Shown: positions 38,461-50,754 of the stretch, one piece after another
How the letters are laid out: each line of letters opens with the position of its first letter
Numbering within the stretch: the first letter of the stretch is position 1
NCBI GenBank assembly: GCA_951406725.2
Contig: OX597821.1
Coordinates: 7,068,001 to 7,132,000 of the forward strand
Origin: Octopus vulgaris
Taxonomy: Eukaryota
Direction: 5' to 3'
Length of the DNA stretch: 64,000 nt
Translations under genes and position numbers: made by a program
The notes under the pieces: model-generated
Told to the model about the DNA's origin: nothing
The model's input: the letters and a program-made list of their open reading frames with translations, nothing else
The model's database searches: none

Positions 38461-38572
38461 CTCACTCTCACCTGTACCCTACCACTTCACCCCACTCATC
38501 CTTTCTATCTCACGCTCCCCTCTACCCCAACTTTCACATTCTTCCTTCACCCTGCCTACTCTTCCTCCCTCC

Positions 38573-38617
<45 letters not shown>

Positions 38618-38658
38618 CATAAATATATACATAAATATATACATATGTACATATATAA

Positions 38659-38726
<68 letters not shown>

Positions 38727-38752
38727 CAAAAACACGAATAGTACATATATAA

Positions 38753-38818
<66 letters not shown>

Positions 38819-39792
38819 CAAAAAACGAAGCTAGTTACACCAAAAATAAAAATTTAAATGGCAACGACGTTGAAGCGAAAATATATGATAAAAATAAGAC
38901 ATGGAGAAAAGCGTCACTAGTTTCAATATCCTACTGGACTGAGATAAATGTGAGCCAATATAAAAGAACAATAATGATTTTAAATTCTCTTACATGGTCT
39001 ACAGACTGACATGGAAGCTTTCATTTTAGCTACATGAGAATATGTCTATCAACCTAGGATTATTAAACGGATTAAACAAAAGACCAACATCAATTACAGA
39101 CTATGTAATGAATATAAAGTAGTGATCGACCATGTAACTTCCGGTTGCACACTCCTTGCAAAAAATGTATATAGACACTGAATGTGTCTATATACATGGC
39201 TTGGGCGTCTTGGCAACTTTATCCATCGGGTGATGCTTTTTAAATGTTTTTGTCCTTTTTACCTGCTCTCAGCCATTGAACTGCAGCCATACTGGGAGCA
39301 CCAATATCGGGTATTTCAGTCAATTGTATCGATCACAGCGCTAATTTCTTTCTGTTACTTATTTCATTGATAACTTTTTGGGATGGTTAACTTTACACCG
39401 GTAAACACAGACACAGACACGGGGCATACAGATTGTGGACAGTGGCCCGGGAACGAAATCTGCTTTGTGGGTGCAAACTCAAGTCAAAATATTTTTACGA
39501 AAAAAAGTGGATTTTTTCATTGCTAATATTAAAATAGATGTAGATATAATCCTTTCTCCTTTCTACTATAGGCACAATGCCAGATATTTGTGGGAGGTGG
39601 AGGATAGTCGATCACATTGAATCCTGTATATGACTGGTACTTAATTTATTGACCCCCTAAAGAATGAATGACAAATTCGGCCTCGGCGGCATTTGTACTC
39701 AGATCGTAAAGACGGACAAAATGCCCGGTGTGTTAACGATTCCGCCAGCTCGCTGCCTTAAATGCAGGTATAATAATAATTTTTATCATTAT

Positions 39793-41196
39793 GAGGGTCG
39801 GCTGAAAAGTCCATAGGTTGAGCAGGACACTCCCATGGATTGTGACCAAATGAAGTTGATTTTTAAACATAGTTCCTGTTAATGTCCACACACTTCCATC
39901 AGCGTTGCAATGCTTAGGTCTCATTGATGAAGCTATTCTGTTAGTCAAAAAAGTCATCAACAGCAGAAAAGATGCCATCGTCACCGTGATACTAGTGTCC
40001 AGCCAAGTGTTTTCTCGTGTTGGGAAACAGACGATAGTCAGATGGAGCCAAATCGCTAAGATAGGGAGGGTGATCAGCCAGTTCAAAGTCAGTCACGCAC
40101 AGCAGCCACTGAAACCAAGGATTTGTGTACCGAAGCATTGTCCTAATGAAACAGGACCCCCTTCATCATTTTTTCAGGGCGTTTGGTCTTGATAGCCTTT
40201 CGTACTGCATTGGCAAGTTGGTTAGAACTCTCCATTGATGGTGTGATCATTTTGAAGATAGTCAATAAACACAATGCTTTTTTTCATTCCAAAAAACTGA
40301 GTCCATCACCTTCCCTGCGGATGAAACGACCCTACCTTCTTTGGAGTGAATGAAAAGGAGTATTTCCCCTGCATGGATTGCCTCTTTGTTTCTCTTCAAA
40401 GTGATGAAGCCAACACATATCTTAGGTTAGGAAACGTTCAAGGAAACTAGCTGCATCTGCCTCAAACAATGTCAGATATTCCCGTAATATGATCAACCTG
40501 CTGCGCTTTTGATCAGATGAGAGAAGACGTGACACTCATCGAGCATGAACCTTCGTTGTGCCAAGTTCGTTGTGCAGAATATTCTCAACCCTATCACAGG
40601 ATATGCTAACAACATCGGTTATTTGATTTATAGTTAATCGCTTGTTATCTATCAACATGTGATGAACACGATCAATGTTTTCCTCAGTGGTGGCAGTTGT
40701 GGGACGTCCAGACAGTGGATTATCTTCAATACTGTCCCTTCCCCTCCTAAATTCAACTGCCCGCTTTTGTACTGTTGATGAAGTTGGAGCGTCATCCTAT
40801 AACGCATCAACCATGTCAACATGAACATCCTTGGGGACTAAAGCCTTTTCTAAAGGTACGTGGTAATACCTATTTCTTTACTACCCACAAGGGGCTAAAC
40901 ACAGAGAGGACAAACAAGGACAGACAAACGGATTAACTGGTACTTAATTTATCGACCCCGAAAGGATGAAAGGCAAAGTCGACCTCGGCGGAATTTGAAC
41001 TCAGACCGTAACGGCAGACGAAATACGGCTACGCATTTCGCCTGACGTGCTAACCACTCTGCCAGTTCGCCGCCTTCTTTCAGTTTACCTGAAAGAAAAC
41101 AATGCAGTTATTAATATGTAGAGCTGAAATTAATGCATGCAAGGTTTCTAGCATCACACCTTCATAGACGGCCTTTGAACTTTTCAACCTACCCTT
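39793..41196 (-). mobile_element. Decayed mariner element with both TIR remnants, interrupted by SINE A (40870-41075)
   Basis: GAGGGTCGGCTGAAAAGT.CA versus TGAACTTTTCAACCTACCCTT; the minus strand encodes GVLFH*DNA and DHPPYLSDLAPSD (DD34D region). Confidence 0.8.
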
Positions 41197-41313
41197 ATTG
41201 GTTGAGCTGATTCATCTTTTAAATTGTTTAAGTTTCGCAACATGCCCATGATGGCGTCTGTTTTAATGCTTTTAACATTTATTTTAAAGACGTGCAAAAT
41301 TTATTTAAATACC

Positions 41314-42070
41314 TCATTTATTAATTAATTCAGTTCTTCGATCTTTCAGGGTAAATATATTTATTACATTGTCACAGAAATCTGTTTTAATCAATTGTTG
41401 AAGTAAATATTTTCCAATTGACATAAGAACCAACCCTGAAAGCCTTTCCTCTCCTATTGTATTTCTTCGGTGAAATTTAATTCTTTTCAATGTAGAAAAG
41501 ACCCACTCTACAGAGACAGTTGACGGAATTACCAAAATAAGATTGCAAATATTTAAGATTTCTGGCAAAGCTTCAATCAGATCATTGATGTAATGCATTA
41601 AACTATTCGCACCTAGCTTTTTAGAATGTTGCATAGAATACGAAACATCTAGTTCACTCTGTAATCGTACTATGTCAAAAAAAAAAAACTACCATGAGTG
41701 GTTTTTTAAGAATTTAAAGTATCCACTGGAAATTGTTTGCGACATTCCTCACTTGATGTAATTGAAAAGTACTAGGAATTTAAGTTCTTCTAAGGATGAG
41801 TACCGCGTTTTTAATTAGTCAACTACTGTCAATAATTTTGTTATAGAGCATTCTGTAATGTGGTTGAGGATCAATAGATTTGTTCCTGGATCTCTTAATT
41901 TCGATGACTGCATCGATTCTCTATTTTTCCCCTAACATTGTAAAGTTTGTTTTTTTATATGCATGTAATTGTAAGTCAATGCAAATATTCCCAAACGTTT
42001 TAAGATCAATCAAAGATTTTATGTCTTTCAGAATGTCCATGTTTTAGCATGGCCATATGTAGATTATCTA
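41314..42070 (-). pseudogene. hAT transposase C-terminal (dimerisation) fragment
   Basis: ORF 41314..41634: LPEILNICNLILVIPSTVSVEWVFSTLKRIK..RRNTIGEERLSGLVLMSI, the hAT dimerisation motif (S.ER.FS.LKRIK..R..M...RL..L). Confidence 0.85.
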
Positions 42071-42875
42071 AATCACCATAATCGTTATCACTCCAAACAA
42101 TTTTTTTCTAAACTAAATAACAAGTATGGCCAGCAGAATAACTTATATAGTTTAGCACTTCCAGTTAACAATTTTTTCTTTTCATATTGATTAGTTTGAA
42201 ATTGTCGAACAGATTTCTGGGAACTTCGCAAATTCGGTAATTCCGGCGTTTGTCTGCCATCATTTATGATTAATTGTTTCCTTTCAAAGTCTATTTGGAA
42301 AACTATTTTTCAAAAGTTCTTCCATAACGCATATTTCAGTCATTCTTCCATAACGCATATTTCGAAAGTACAAAAGATTTTTGTAAAAGAATTATGCGCA
42401 CGTGAGGGTGTATGTGTGTGTGTGTATGAATTGAAAGCCAGTTTGAATCATCGAAGCAACGAAAGGTTCTGGTCAAAAGGAAGAAATTCCAACTTACATG
42501 GGACAGGTAATCCAAAAAAGAAAGCCCAGCAATGGAGTAGGCGTAGGAGCGGCTGTGTGGTAAGTAGCTTGAAAGAGCTTTTATTTATAGAATGAGATCA
42601 AACGGTCAAACCTATTCAACCATGTGGTCATCTTTAGCGATACCAGTTACAAACAACTGACAGAACGTAAAGGTACTGAGAGATGTATTTGAAAGATACA
42701 GAGAGGTCATGTTGCTGTTATTGTTGTCACATACTTTTGATTTTGACTCTGCTTTAGTTTTTAGTGGCAGGTTATAAATTCCCTTCGGAATTTTACGACC
42801 AGCTTCATCTCATTTAAAAAAATTTTTTTTTTTTTTTTTGGGTTTTGGTTTTCAGAAGAAATCTAACTTGAAGGA

Positions 42876-43105
42876 AGGCGGTGAGCTGGCAGAACCGTTA
42901 GCACGCCGGGCGGAATGCGTAGCCGTATTTCGTCTGCCGTTACGTTCTGAGTTCAAATTCCGCTGAGGTCGACTTTGCCTTTCATCCTTTCGGAGTCGAT
43001 AAATTAGTACCAGTTACGTACTGGGGTCGATCTAATCGACTTAATCTCTTTGTCTGTCCTTGTTTGTCCCCTCTATGTTTAGGCCCTTGTGGGCAATCAA
43101 GAAAT
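42876..43105 (+). mobile_element. Full-length young SINE A with an 18-bp TSD
   Basis: AAGAAATCTAACTTGAAG at 42856-42873 and 43106-43123 flanks a complete head, body and tail. Confidence 0.95.
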
Positions 43106-43479
43106 AAGAAATCTAACTTGAAGAAACTTTTACAGATCAATTTTTAGACACTATTTTCAGAACCTGGCAAAGGTGTGTAGTGTGTGCAAATTTTCATTTT
43201 GTACCAGGAGATACAAGTGCTGCACCCCCTATTCTCGGACTCTTGATTGTGGATTACAGAAATTTCAGTACCTCACAGTGAACTGTCGGGTTTTTTCTTC
43301 TCGTGCAAGGATCTTGTAGGCATAGAAAGTTTTAATATCTTTGATAATAGTTGCTACTCAATAAGTGTATTGAGCTCGCTCTTTCTTTGAGGTGGCCGTA
43401 TTTAGTACACTTTACATAAATATTTATATAATGTGTGTGTGTGTGTGTGTGTGTGTGAAACGATGCAACATTCTCTCTT

Positions 43480-43825
43480 TTTTCTGAGAAAACAAAGCAC
43501 CAGAACGCAGGACCTCGCGCCAGTCCTGCTTCTCCTCAATTCAGCAATTTGAGCAAAATCGACTCCAACACAGGGACAAACTTCGTGCAAGCATTAAGGC
43601 ACGCTGGCAAAACACTGCTCCTCTATATTGTAATGTTATCTGTCATTGTGGTTTTGTGGCATGAAGCAAAGCTAACCCTAACCCTTGCTGTTCATTCAAG
43701 AAAACACGTAGTAAATAATCCACAAGCCCTCAAGCACACTGAGTCCTCAACCTGTTCCATTTGCCAAAAAGTTTGCAAGGCATCAGCAGACCTCAAGAGA
43801 CACATTTGTGTCCATAGAACATGAT
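43480..43825 (+). pseudogene. RTE/BovB-type LINE ORF C-terminus with a C2H2 finger
   Basis: IQQFEQNRLQHRDKLRASIKAR followed by CSICQKVCKASADLKRHICVH-stop, a typical RTE-clade ORF end; (TACA)n lies downstream. Confidence 0.65.
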
Positions 43826-44271
43826 CAATACTTTATTTTACTAAAATTTCATTTGTCGTTCACAAGAGAATCCGTTATACATTTGTACATACATACATAC
43901 GTACATACATACATACATACATACATACATACATACATACATACATACATACATACATACATACATACACACATACATATATGTGTTATAATAAAAACTA
44001 AGAATCTTATTAAATACAGCTTCCAGGGTTTCTGTGTCGAATTGATAATTTGTTTTGCTATTTTACATGCTGAGAACAAAACCGTAGCTATATATAACAA
44101 GATTTGTGATTTTTATTATAACATTATCTTCACACTCTTAGATGATCGAATGCTTTTCTACTTGTTGAAGTCTTACCATTATTTATCCTGGAATGCACTC
44201 GTCGAAACGTATGTAGAAGACTCCATGATATAAATGCATTAACAACATCCCGATCGTTCGTCTCCTTTATG

Positions 44272-44303
<32 letters not shown>

Positions 44304-44481
44304 TATAAGCGGCTTATTCGCAATTTTACGACCTAAAACCAGAAATATAGACGTTCTTAAAGTGACAAAGACAGCACCAGTACTCCTAGAAATAAGAGCA
44401 AAAGCAACTCAATAGCCACGGTAAGCAATATCTTGATGACTGAAAGCAAGCTCCCTACAGCAGTGGCCATACCCAGATCAT

Positions 44482-45155
44482 CGGCGGCGGTGGCTGTAGC
44501 GGCGGCGGCGGCGGTAGTGGCGGCGGCGGTAGCGGCAGCGGCGGCGGTAGCGGCGGCGGTAGCGGCGGCGGCGGTAGCGGCGGCGGTAGCGGCGGCGGCG
44601 GTAGCGGCGGCGGTAGCGGCGGCGGCGGTAGCGGCGGCGGCGGTAGCGGCGGCGGCGGTAGGGGCGGCGGCGGTAGCGGCGGCGGCGGTAGCGGCGGCGG
44701 CGGTAGCGGCGGCGGCGGTAGCGGCGGCGGTAGCGGCGGCGGCGGTAGCGGCGGCGGCGGTAGCGGCGGCGGCGGTAGCGGCGGCGGCGGTAGCGGCGGC
44801 GGCGGTAGCGGCGGCGGCGGTAGCGGCGGCGGCGGTAGCGGCGGCGGCGGTAGCGGCGGCGGCGGTAGCGGCGGCGGCGGTAGCAGCGGCGGCGGCGGTA
44901 GCGGCGGCGGCGGTAGCAGCGGCGGCGGCGGCGGTAGCAGCGGCGGCGGCGGTAGCGGCGGTAGCGGCGGTAGCGGCGGTAGCGGCGGTAGCGGCGGTAG
45001 CGGCGGCAGCGGCGGTAGCGGCGGTAGCGGCGGTAGCGGCGGTAGCGGCGGTAGCGGCGGTAGCAGCGGTAGCAGCGGTAGCGGCGGTAGCAGCGGTAGC
45101 AGCGGTAGCGGCGGTAGCGGTGGTAGCGGCGGTAGCGGTGGTAGCGGCGGCAGCA
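44482..45155. repeat. About 670-bp GC-rich (GCG)n-GTA minisatellite
   Basis: Units are mostly (GCG)4GTA on the left and (GCG)2GTA on the right; they give open poly-Ala/Val, poly-Ala/Thr and poly-Pro frames. Confidence 0.95.
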
Positions 45156-45378
45156 GAGGAACGGCGGAGGCTGTTGCGGTGAAAGCTGACAATCGCCCAG
45201 TGGGCAGGTGTGAAAGGGCGCAAAATTTTCCCTAGCACATCATGCTTGTTAATTAAGGCCACTAGGGTCTACTTTGCCCGATTCACCCACCGCGTCTGAA
45301 ATAACAGCCAAAAGCTTTAACCGCAAAATAACGTCAATTCCGTAAACCAGGAGAAAATTAAAAAACATTTACCCTGTA

Positions 45379-45485
45379 ATTTCTTAGACGATGCACCGTT
45401 TCATCTACTGTTTAATGGAAAACTAACCTGATTAAATTAAATCAAGCCAATCTACCATAGGCCCTTAGATTCATCAGTAAGAAAT
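45379..45485 (-). ncRNA. Mirror copy of the same hammerhead ribozyme
   Basis: Exact reverse complement of 45946-46052, within the left arm. Confidence 0.85.
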
Positions 45486-45945
45486 AGCCAAGCCGGAACA
45501 GATATTTTTCACGAGGCATTCTCGTTGCTACCTCGTCAATATCTGACCTAAAATTTTCAAATCGTCGCACTCGCGCCAAATTTATCGGCAGCAAATAAAT
45601 ATAAGCCGCCGATTCCATTACGAATTAACCAGAAAATTCATAATTAATCAATATATTGATTATTATGGCCGTTCCTTGATTGTGATGTTGAACTTAAAAA
45701 TGGTTTATGACTATTTAATTTTTTCCCACTAGGCCGCTGGTGGCAAAGAATTCTACAAAATTTTTTTGCCACCCTATATTGATTAATTATGAATTTTCTG
45801 GTTAATTCCGTAATGGAATCGGCGGCTTATATTTATTTGCTGCCGATAAATTTGGCGCGAGTGCGACGATTTGAAAATTTTAGGTCAGATATTGACGAGG
45901 TAGCAACGAGAATGCCTCGTGAAAAATATCTGTTCCGGCTTGGCT

Positions 45946-46052
45946 ATTTCTTACTGATGAATCTAAGGGCCTATGGTAGATTGGCTTGATTTAATTTAAT
46001 CAGGTTAGTTTTCCATTAAACAGTAGATGAAACGGTGCATCGTCTAAGAAAT
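45946..46052 (+). ncRNA. Type I hammerhead ribozyme with extended helix II
   Basis: ATTTCTTA (helix I)-CTGATGA (45954-45960)-ATCTA...TAGAT (helix II)-GAAA (46029-46032)-CGGT GC ATCG-TC (helix III, GUC site at 46044)-TAAGAAAT (helix I, 8 perfect bp). Confidence 0.85.
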
Positions 46053-46252
46053 TACAGGGTAAATGTTTTTTAATTTTCTCCTGGTTTACGGAATTGACGT
46101 TATTTTGCGGTTAAAGCTTTTGGCTGTTATTTCTAGTGGGTCAATGACTATTATGGCCGTTCCTTGATTGTGATGTTGAACTTATGGTTTATGACTATTT
46201 AATTTATCCACTAGGCCGCTGGTGGCATATCTACAAAATATATATATATATT

Positions 46253-46298
<46 letters not shown>

Positions 46299-46338
46299 AT
46301 ATATCATGTATGTATATATATATATATATACATGTATG

Positions 46339-46386
<48 letters not shown>

Positions 46387-46531
46387 TGCAGTCAACCGAT
46401 GAGATTTAGAAGTGATCAATATAATCATTTGCCAAGGATTAGGTCCATGGAGTAAAAACTGACTATAAGAGAAATCCAGGTGAGCTGATATAGAGATACA
46501 AGTGATTATATATTTAATTCATCCTATATCA

Positions 46532-46616
<85 letters not shown>

Positions 46617-46620
<4 letters not shown>

Positions 46621-46840
46621 ACAAAATGGGACAAGAACGCAAACGCAAAACATCCGGAGAGTTAGGTGATACAAAAATGGGACAACAAAACATCCAGATA
46701 GACGATACAAAGAAAACAAGGACGAGTGATTCGAAGTTTTCTTTCCTCAGTCAATTACCAGATTATCTTCGCAATTTCGGCTGATTATACTTGAGATTGC
46801 TTCAATCTGGCCAGCCCCAATGAAAAACTAAGCAAAGAGC
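46617..46840 (-). mobile_element. (TA)n-embedded repeat (possible PLE pLTR remnant)
   Basis: (TA)n on both sides, an internal duplication of ATACAAAA(A)TGGGACAA...AAAACATCC, and homology to 31243-31405. Confidence 0.55.
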
Positions 46841-46867
46841 ATATATATATGTATATATATATATATG

Positions 46868-46913
<46 letters not shown>

Positions 46914-46988
46914 TTTGTTAGTATGTATGGATATATATATATATATATATATATACATACATATATATATTGAGGGATAGATAGATAT

Positions 46989-47027
<39 letters not shown>

Positions 47028-47084
47028 CCAAAACTCAATATATTCAGAAGATAATATATGTGTTTTATCATTTTCATATCTTTA

Positions 47085-47260
47085 TCTTTTCTTTTATTTT
47101 TTTCAGATATTTGACTGAGGCCCCGCGTTGAAATGTTTTATTCGCACAAGTTGACCCAGGGAATGATTTTTTAAGTCTGCTACTTATTTTATTGGGCTCT
47201 TTTGCAAACCCTTAAGTTACGGTGATGTAAACGCACCCACACCAGTTATCAAGCGGTGGT

Positions 47261-47291
<31 letters not shown>

Positions 47292-47321
47292 TCGCTCACG
47301 CACACATATACACTCACACAC

Positions 47322-47368
<47 letters not shown>

Positions 47369-47505
47369 GACAGGCTCTTCTGTTTGTGTCTAGCCAACCC
47401 ACTCACAGGGCTTTGACCGGACCAAGTCTATAGTAGAAGGCACTTGCCCAAGGTGTTACGCGTTGGTACTGAACATGAAACCATGTGCTTTGGAAGCAAA
47501 CCTCT
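47085..47505 (-). mobile_element. SINE family B, diverged near-complete copy
   Basis: Collinear with 33795-34130, including the internal (CA)/(TA) tract and CACTTGCCCAAGGTG. Confidence 0.8.
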
Positions 47506-48016
47506 TTTTGTATCTATATAGATATATTAGTAAATAAGTTTACTTTTACATGGAGCATAAAAAATACAGAAAACTAAGGAGATAATGCATAGGTTTTTAA
47601 TTCGACGGCTATTTCAGAGACTTCAGAATTAGGTAATTGTTGTAATGTTCATAATTAGCTAAAGAAATATACAAAAAAACCATGGATATGCAACCAGTAG
47701 ATGAATGCATAAACACTTTACCATATTACCGGCTTCCTTCTTTAGGAGAGAAAACTTACAGATAGCAGTTCACATTGTAGTAGTAGAACACTCCATTAAA
47801 CTTTCTTTCTTGTACATGTTTTTTAAAATTTTCTGAATATATCTAGCATATGTATATGTATCTGCATATGTTTGTATGAATGTCTGTATGCATGTATGTG
47901 TATATGTATATATATATCAAGCATAAACGTGTTTATCTATGTCACTATCTCTCTATCTCTATCATTTTTTCTCTCTCCCGATATATATTTATATGTGTGT
48001 GTGTGTATGTATATTC

Positions 48017-48051
<35 letters not shown>

Positions 48052-48681
48052 GAGGTATATACACATATATATGTACGTATGTGTGAAGCAACACACATGC
48101 ACACAAACACACATCGATATAATTTTGTAATAATATTTATTGATTCTCAGTATTACTAGTTATGTTGGTTTAATTATGAAACAAAATAGATGTTTATTGC
48201 AAAATTAAGATTATTCAATTAATGGTGCCGCTGTTAGGATGGCTTCAGAACACTGTGTCAGTTGGGAAACAAATATGTTACAAATGAAATCAAGAGTGAA
48301 AGAAAATAGAGGAAAAGTTGATAAGAGAAGAATTATCAGGTGAGAAGAATTACCAGGTGAGAGAGAAAGAGAGAAAGAAACATCTACTCAAAACTCAACA
48401 TCAGTTGTTGTTTATGAACAGACCATAAAATCATCAATAGTGGAGAACACTCCCTTCAATGGGTGGTGGTGGTGGTGATGACAATATTGTTGGTGGTGGT
48501 GGTGGTGGTGGTGGTGGAAGTGGTGGTGATGGTGTGGGCGATGGTGATGGTGGTGATGGTGTCACATCGTTGGGTGGGGATAATGCATTACGAAGTAAGA
48601 TAAACAAAAAGCACATTGATTTTATTATAGAGAGATATCACTGAAGGTATAAAATGATGGAAAATTGATATATACATATAT

Positions 48682-48736
<55 letters not shown>

Positions 48737-48945
48737 AGTATATATATATTGTTACATTTACAGATGAAAGTTGTGGTGGTGGTGGTGGTGGTGAGAGAAT
48801 CTATTATTGTATTTAATTTCGCCCAAATCAATAAAACAGAACTTGAGTAAAGCGAGAGACGCGTGTAACCCTCACTTCACCAAACCTACCTACTTTTAAA
48901 GTTTAAAAAAAAATAGTAACAGAGTCCAATGAAACTATATAGTCT

Positions 48946-48947
48946 GC

Positions 48948-48978
<31 letters not shown>

Positions 48979-49172
48979 TCGTCATCATCATCGTCATCAT
49001 CATCATCATCATCATCATCATCGTCATCGTCATCGTCATCGTCATCATCATCATCGTCATCATCATCATCATCATCATCATCATCGTCATCATCATCATC
49101 ATCATCATCGTCATCATCATCATCATCATCATCGTCGTCATCATCATCATCGTCATCGTCATCATCATCATC
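48946..49172. repeat. (CAT)n/(CGT) trinucleotide repeat
   Basis: Directly visible; gives poly-Asp, poly-His and poly-Met ORFs. Confidence 0.95.
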
Positions 49173-49437
49173 GACATTGTCACCCACAGCGGTTAATATA
49201 ATAATTTCCATGTGCCGTGCGGATGGAAGGTAAGTTCTGATATTCCTGGCTGGGTCCTGCCGAGAATAGTTAATAAAATTAATAAATATGTTTTGTATAT
49301 CGCTGAAGGAAATGTAAGTCTGGTATTACACGCTGAGTTGTACGTCGAGGAAATGTGAAATGCAGCAATATGTGTGTGTGTGTGCGTGTGTATGTGTGTG
49401 TAAAGAGAGGGAGAGAGAGAGTTAGATAGATAGATAC

Positions 49438-49476
<39 letters not shown>

Positions 49477-49477
49477 T

Positions 49478-49525
<48 letters not shown>

Positions 49526-49582
49526 CTATATGCATATATATGTGTTTGTGCGTGTGTGTGTGTGTGTGTATACATATATATT

Positions 49583-49666
<84 letters not shown>

Positions 49667-49792
49667 TGATTTCATTTGAATGAAACAGTTCTAGTCCTGT
49701 AGAAGCTCCTTCTATAAAATAAATTAATTTACTCTGCTATGTATTGAGTACCTTATTTACTGTGGTTAACCCCGACTCAACCCGGGACCTAC

Positions 49793-49838
<46 letters not shown>

Positions 49839-49859
49839 GTATATTTATGTGTATGTAGT

Positions 49860-50149
49860 GGAGGCACATGGCTTAGTGGTTAGAGCAGCGGACTCGCGGT
49901 CAAGGGATCTCAGGTTCGAATCTCAGACCGGGCGATGTGTATGTTTATGAACGAAACACCTAAGCTCCACGCATCTGTGGCAGAAGATAATGGCGAACCT
50001 CTGCCACAACTTTCTCTCACTCTTTTCTCCTGCATCTTGCAGCTCACCTGCGACTGACCGGCGGCCCGTCCAGGTGAGGAACCTATACACAAAGGAAACC
50101 GGGAAACCTGCCCTTATGAGCCAGACATGGCTCGAGAAGGAACAAACAA
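49860..50149 (+). mobile_element. SINE family C with an alternative 3' half
   Basis: Head GGAGGCACATGGCTTAGTGGTTAGAGCAGCGGACTCGCGGTC...GGTTCGAATCTCAGACCGGGCG; diverges from the 31538 copy after CAACTTTCTCTCACTCTT. Confidence 0.85.
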
Positions 50150-50472
50150 TATGTGTATGTATATGCATATATGTATGTATATACATATATGTATGTGTGC
50201 GTGAATGCATGTATGTATACATGTGTGTGCATGTGTGTAAGTATATGTGTATGTATATATATGTGTGTGTGTGCATCTATAAGGGTGTATATATACATAT
50301 ATGTATGCACGTATGTATGTATACATATATGTACATATGTAAGTGTGTGTATATATATACATATATGTATGCACGTATGTACGTATGTATGTATACATAT
50401 ATGTACATATATAAGTGTGTATATATATATATATATACCTATATGTATGCACGTATGTACGTATGTATGTAT

Positions 50473-50745
50473 ATTGGGTTTTCAGATAAATTCATCATTT
50501 TTATTTTATCTTGTTTAATCGTTATTTTTCATCAGCATTTTAACAGATCAGTCATTGATACATTCTTTTTAATTGTTCGCGACTTCTTTCCAACGTTTCA
50601 CTACCTTTTCAACAATGCCGGGACGGTAAAAACGGTAAAAACTACCGAATCTTTAATTGAACAATTCATCGACCCACGTTTTCAGCTCCACGTCGCAGTT
50701 GAATGAATCGCCTCACAGAAAAAGGTGATAATCTGAAAGAGTTAT
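50473..50745 (-). pseudogene. Mariner 3' fragment with TIR
   Basis: TA-TTGGGTTTTCAGATAAATTC terminus; the minus strand reads KVVKRWKEVANN, like the end of a mariner ORF. Confidence 0.6.
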
Positions 50746-50754
50746 ACGAGAATG

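Larger units (their letters stand above)
45298..46227. mobile_element. Retrozyme-like or non-autonomous PLE-type element: 358-bp inverted arms plus a partial tandem repeat
   Basis: 45298-45655 is the reverse complement of 45775-46133 (one 1-nt indel seen). 45661-45745 is repeated directly at 46150-46227. The element ends in (TA)n/(TG)n and has no coding capacity. Confidence 0.85.

Noticed and set aside
43549-43824. C2H2 zinc-finger ORF as a host zinc-finger gene
   Set aside because: A single intact finger without TGEKP linkers, preceded by RTE-type FEQNR..KLR sequence; better explained as a LINE C-terminus.
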